A DNA stretch of 32,000 nt from Pseudomonas aeruginosa (lineage in GTDB: Bacteria; Pseudomonadota; Gammaproteobacteria; Pseudomonadales; Pseudomonadaceae): NCBI RefSeq assembly GCF_001457615.1, contig NZ_LN831024.1, forward strand, positions 4,410,001-4,442,000, written 5' to 3'. Below, piece by piece: positions 27,964-32,000 of this stretch. Position 1 is the stretch's first letter. Each line of letters starts with the position of its first letter. The notes under the pieces were generated by a model, which saw only the letters and a list, made by a program, of their open reading frames with translations, had not been told where the DNA came from and searched no databases. A program made the translations under genes and the position numbers.

Positions 27964-29397
27964 ATGAATGTACTGCGCCCTGCCCTGTTGACGCTCGCCT
28001 GCATGCTCGCTTCGCCGGTCATGTCGGACGATCTGCCCTCCCTGGGCGACGCATCTTCCTCGATCGTTTCGCCGGAGCAGGAGTTCCAGCTGGGCCGCGC
28101 CTGGCTGAGCATGCTGCGCAACCAGGTCGATGCGATCTCCGACCCGCAGCTCAAGGACTTCGTCGAAAGCAGCGTCTACCGGCTGGCCGAAACCAGCGAC
28201 CTGCAGGACCACCGGCTGGCCTTCATCCTCATCCGCGACGCACAGATCAACGCCTTCGCCGCGCCCGGCGGCGTGATCGGGGTCAACGGCGGGCTACTGC
28301 TCAACGCCCAGACCGAAGGCGAGTATGCCGCGGTGCTGGCCCACGAACTCGGCCACCTGATCCAGCGCCACTTCGCCCGCGGCATCGAGGCACAGCAGCG
28401 CATGCAACTGCCGGTGATGGCAGCGATGCTCGCCGGCATCGTCGCCGCGGCCGCCGGCGCAGGGGATGCGGGTATCGCGGCGATCGCCGGGACCCAGGCG
28501 GCGGCGATCCAGAACCAGTTGCGCTTTTCCCGGCAGAACGAGCAGGAAGCCGACCGCGTCGGCGTCACCAACATGGTTCGCGCCGGTTACGATCCGCGCT
28601 CGATGCCGAACATGTTCGAGCGCCTGGCGCGGCAGTACCGCTACGACGGCAAGCCGCCGGAGTTCCTCCTCACCCACCCGGTCACCGAATCGCGTATCGC
28701 CGACACCCGTAACCGCGCCGAACAGTATCCCCAGGGCGGCAAGGAAGACAGCTTGCGCTACCAGCAGATGCGCGCGCGCACCCAGTTGCTCTTCGAGGAA
28801 ACCCCGGGGATGGCCGGCAAGCGCTTCCGCGCCATGCTCAACGACAATCCCAAGCTGGATGCCGCGCGCTACGGACTGGCCATCTCGCAGACGCGCATCG
28901 GCCAGCTCAACGATGCCCGTGACAACCTCAGGCAATTGCTGGCGAAGGCACCCAACGACGTGGCCTACAACCTGGCCCAGGTCGAGCTGGACATCACCGC
29001 CAACCGCCTTCCGGATGCCGATCAGCGGTTGAAGAAGATGCTCGCCCAGTTCCCCAGCAGCTACCCGCTGAAACAGGTGCGCGCCGACCTGATGCTGAAG
29101 ATGGGCAAGCCGCAGGAATCGGAGAAGATCCTCGACGACCTGAGCAAGGCGCGGCCGCTGGACCCGGATGTCTGGAACCGCCTGGCCGAGGTGCGCAGCC
29201 TGACCAACAACGCCATCGGCGTGCACCAGGCCCGTGCCGAGTACCTGTCTCTGACCGGCGACTACCAGGCCGCCATCGAGCAGCTCGATTTCGCCAAGCG
29301 CCGCGCTGGCGGCAACTTCCAACTGGCTGCGCGACTCGACGCTCGCCAGCAGGAAATTCGCCAACAGGAAAAGATGGTCAAGGAAATGTTCCGCTGA
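27964..29397 (+). CDS. bepA: M48-family periplasmic metalloprotease with TPR domain (BepA/YfgC-like, PA1005-like)
   Basis: Signal peptide, HELGHLIQRH zinc motif, and C-terminal TPR-like repeats. Confidence 0.88.
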   Translation: MNVLRPALLTLACMLASPVMSDDLPSLGDASSSIVSPEQEFQLGRAWLSMLRNQVDAISDPQLKDFVESSVYRLAETSDLQDHRLAFILIRDAQINAFAAPGGVIGVNGGLLLNAQTEGEYAAVLAHELGHLIQRHFARGIEAQQRMQLPVMAAMLAGIVAAAAGAGDAGIAAIAGTQAAAIQNQLRFSRQNEQEADRVGVTNMVRAGYDPRSMPNMFERLARQYRYDGKPPEFLLTHPVTESRIADTRNRAEQYPQGGKEDSLRYQQMRARTQLLFEETPGMAGKRFRAMLNDNPKLDAARYGLAISQTRIGQLNDARDNLRQLLAKAPNDVAYNLAQVELDITANRLPDADQRLKKMLAQFPSSYPLKQVRADLMLKMGKPQESEKILDDLSKARPLDPDVWNRLAEVRSLTNNAIGVHQARAEYLSLTGDYQAAIEQLDFAKRRAGGNFQLAARLDARQQEIRQQEKMVKEMFR

Positions 29398-29505
29398 GCG
29401 GCATATCCGAGGAAAAACACCCGGCGAAGCTCATCGAAACAGGGGGTTGGGCGAACAACCGCACCGCGCTTACTCGCCCTACGCAGCGGGACGCCCTCGC
29501 CAGGA

Positions 29506-30564
29506 TCAGGCGTTCCCGGCCTGGCGCAGGCGCGCGGCCTGGGTGAAGTCGAGCATGCGCTTGAGCGGTCGGACCGCCCTCGGGATCAACGCCGGGTCGA
29601 CGAAGATTTCCCCGCTGCCCTCGCGCAGGCAGGCCAGGGTCCGCTCGAGCGTGTTCATCGCCATCCACGGGCAGTGCGCGCAGCTGCGGCAGGCGGCGCC
29701 GTTGCCGGCGGTGGGGGCCTCGATGAAATCCTTGTCCGGGCACAACTGCTGCATCTTGTAGAAGATGCCGCGATCGGTGGCGACGATGAAGGTCTTGTTC
29801 GGCAAGGTCTGCGCGGCCTTGATCAACTGGCTGGTCGAGCCCACGGCATCGGCCAGCGCGACCACGCTTTCCGGCGATTCGGGGTGGACCAGGATGGCGG
29901 CGTCCGGGTAGAGCGCCTTCATGTCTTCCAACTGCTTGGCCTTGAACTCCTCGTGGACGATGCAGGCGCCATCCCAGAGCAGCATGTCGGCCCCCGTCTC
30001 GCGCTGGATGTAGCGTCCCAGGTGCTGGTCCGGCGCCCAGAGGATGGGCTCGCCGTTGTCCATCAGGTGTTCGACGATCTCCACCGCGCAACTGGAGGTC
30101 ACGACCCAGTCGGCGCGTGCCTTCACCGCCGCGGAGGTGTTCGCATAGACCACCACGGTCCGTTCCGGGTGCTGGTCGCAGAATGCCGAGAATTCATCCA
30201 CCGGGCAGCCCAGGTCGAGCGAGCAGGTCGCTTCGAGGGTCGGCATCAGCACACGCTTCTCAGGGTTGAGGATCTTCGCCGTCTCGCCCATGAAGCGCAC
30301 CCCGGCCACGACCACCGTCTGCGCCGGATGCTGGTTGCCGAAACGGGCCATCTCCAGCGAATCGGATACGCAACCGCCGGTCTCCTCGGCCAACGCCTGG
30401 ATCACCGGGTCGCAGTAGTAATGCGCCACCAGTACAGCATTTTGCGCCTTCAGTTCGGCCGCGATCGCCGCGCGATGCTCGGCGCTCTCCTGCTCGCTCA
30501 ACACACGGGGTTGCTTGGCGGCCAGGTGGGCCTGTACCAGGAGTCGTTCGGAAATGTGCGTCAT
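29506..30564 (-). CDS. nadA: Quinolinate synthase A
   Basis: [61 protein letters not shown] cluster-ligand motifs. Start ATG 30564. Confidence 0.96.
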   Translation of the reverse strand: MTHISERLLVQAHLAAKQPRVLSEQESAEHRAAIAAELKAQNAVLVAHYYCDPVIQALAEETGGCVSDSLEMARFGNQHPAQTVVVAGVRFMGETAKILNPEKRVLMPTLEATCSLDLGCPVDEFSAFCDQHPERTVVVYANTSAAVKARADWVVTSSCAVEIVEHLMDNGEPILWAPDQHLGRYIQRETGADMLLWDGACIVHEEFKAKQLEDMKALYPDAAILVHPESPESVVALADAVGSTSQLIKAAQTLPNKTFIVATDRGIFYKMQQLCPDKDFIEAPTAGNGAACRSCAHCPWMAMNTLERTLACLREGSGEIFVDPALIPRAVRPLKRMLDFTQAARLRQAGNA

Positions 30565-30778
30565 AGTCGCTACACCTGAAGGCGCAACAGCGCGTCTCTC
30601 GATTTTATACCCGGCGGCAGGCTGGACCGCAGGGAACTGACGATTGCAGGTTTCGGGCACGGCACCCGTGTCCCCCTTGAGCAAACCCCGGGGATCCGCC
30701 TGCAAGGCCGCGGATTCTAACCGCATAGGTCGCGCCAGGGCCATCCCGGCATCCGTACCGGCCTGGCCGGTGGCTCCG

Positions 30779-30794
30779 CTAACAAAAGACATAG
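30779..30794. promoter_or_regulatory. las-rhl box-like element CT-N12-AG (CTAACAAAAGACATAG), upstream of mvfR
   Basis: Matches the CT-N12-AG LasR box pattern and lies about 0.5 kb upstream of the mvfR ATG, consistent with the published LasR site for this promoter. Confidence 0.75.
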
Positions 30795-31177
30795 GTTTCG
30801 GTCGTTAGACCTACGCGACATAATTTTTTTGTTTCTTAGAACCGTCCCTGACTCGGCTCGCTCCACGACCGAACACGACATGCCGGCATGCCAGCGTTAA
30901 TACTTTGGTATTAGGCCCTTGGTATTAACGTTAAATAACCGGTAAATATCCGGATTTTCTTTTCGTCGAATTTACGAGCAATATGAAACATATTTCGTTG
31001 AAATAAGCTCTTCTTTCACATAATTATAAAAATATCCTGAAACAGAGCCGTCATCCCTCACCTCCAAAACGACGACTCCCCGTGCCGTGCGCCCGCCGCG
31101 CAGAAAGCGAGCCGGCGGCCGATTCCACCCTCGCACGCCAGCCCTTGCGCTTCACTGACCGACGGGAGGTTTCCCCG

Positions 31178-31300
31178 ATGAAAACGTCATCCAGAAGACA
31201 AGTTGAAACACTCGGGCGCTATCTATCGAGTCCTCGACGCTTCTTCCACAGTAGCGGCAACCTGACCCGATCAAGGGAAGCGGCACGCGCCACCCAATAA
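31178..31300 (+). other. Candidate 40-codon leader ORF in the mvfR upstream region
   Basis: SD GGGAGG at 31164-31169 upstream of ATG 31178; MKTSSRRQVETLGRYLSSPRRFFHSSGNLTRSREAARATQ*; stop 12 nt before the mvfR ATG. Codon third positions are not strongly GC-biased, so coding is uncertain. Confidence 0.35.
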
Positions 31301-31312
31301 AAGGAATAAGGG

Positions 31313-32000
31313 ATGCCTATTCATAACCTGAATCACGTGAACATGTTCCTCCAGGTCATCGCCTCCGGTTCGATTTCCTCCGCTGCGCGGATCCTGCGCA
31401 AGTCGCACACCGCGGTCAGCTCGGCGGTCAGCAACCTGGAAATCGACCTGTGCGTGGAGCTGGTCCGTCGGGACGGCTACAAGGTCGAACCCACCGAGCA
31501 GGCGCTTCGCCTGATCCCTTACATGCGCAGCCTGCTGAACTACCAGCAGCTGATCGGCGACATCGCCTTCAATCTCAACAAGGGTCCGCGCAATCTCCGG
31601 GTGTTGCTGGACACCGCCATCCCGCCGTCGTTCTGCGATACGGTGAGCAGCGTACTGCTCGACGATTTCAACATGGTCAGCCTGATACGCACCTCGCCCG
31701 CCGATAGCCTGGCGACGATCAAGCAGGACAACGCGGAAATCGATATCGCCATCACCATCACCATCGACGAGGAACTGAAGATCTCCCGCTTCAACCAGTG
31801 CGTGCTCGGCTACACCAAGGCGTTCGTCGTCGCCCATCCGCAGCACCCGTTGTGCAATGCCTCCCTGCACAGCATCGCGAGCCTGGCCAATTACCGGCAG
31901 ATCAGCCTCGGCAGCCGCTCCGGGCAGCATTCGAACCTGCTGCGGCCGGTCAGCGACAAGGTGCTCTTCGTGGAAAACTTCGACGACATGCTGCGTCTGG
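31313..32000 (+). CDS. mvfR: LysR-type quorum-sensing regulator MvfR/PqsR, 5' part (truncated by window edge)
   Basis: MPIHNLNHVNMFLQVIASGSISSAARILRKSHTAVSSAVSNLEIDLCVELVRRDGYKVEPTEQALRLIPYMRSLLNYQQLIGDIAFNLNKGPRNLRVLLDTAIPPSFCDTVSSVLLDDFNMVSLIRTSPADSLATIKQDNAEID... Absent from the track because it is truncated. Confidence 0.97.
   Translation, partial: MPIHNLNHVNMFLQVIASGSISSAARILRKSHTAVSSAVSNLEIDLCVELVRRDGYKVEPTEQALRLIPYMRSLLNYQQLIGDIAFNLNKGPRNLRVLLDTAIPPSFCDTVSSVLLDDFNMVSLIRTSPADSLATIKQDNAEIDIAITITIDEELKISRFNQCVLGYTKAFVVAHPQHPLCNASLHSIASLANYRQISLGSRSGQHSNLLRPVSDKVLFVENFDDMLRL

Overview
The window matches the Pseudomonas aeruginosa core chromosome, in the region I recognise as roughly PA1003-PA1031 of PAO1. 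This assignment comes from recalled protein families and gene order; no search was run. From left to right it contains: the 5' end of an rmuC-like gene; a RES/Xre toxin-antitoxin pair; amaA/amaB-like genes for pipecolate/lysine catabolism; a GreA/B-like factor convergent with a His-rich zinc-ribbon protein; and an OprD-family porin. These are followed by a long minus-strand acyl-CoA catabolic cluster (flavin quinone reductase, SDR, two acyl-CoA dehydrogenases, enoyl-CoA hydratase, hotdog thioesterase, MFS transporter, hydratase-2/MaoC, NDP-forming acyl-CoA synthetase, thiolase-like protein plus OB-fold partner). A divergent IclR regulator flanks that cluster. The right part has a GT2 glycosyltransferase, tRNA-Ser(CGA), purC, an MBL hydrolase, bamC, dapA, gcvR, bcp, an AI-2E/PerM-type permease, a TusA-like gene, a BepA-like M48 protease, nadA, and the 5' part of mvfR/pqsR. 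The most notable observations are: (1) the catabolic cluster has the parts of a steroid/branched-acyl side-chain system, and its thiolase lacks both canonical catalytic Cys and sits with a cysteine-less DUF35-like partner; (2) the RES-Xre module has an inverted repeat in its promoter gap; (3) three apparent single-G losses lie within about 600 bp and break bcp and the neighbouring permease, which may be sequencing error; (4) a 40-codon leader ORF with a good SD ends 12 nt before the mvfR ATG; (5) candidate regulatory motifs: a las box, a Crc/Hfq CA motif, a DnaA-box palindrome and an IclR-type palindrome. I found no phage, transposon or CRISPR.
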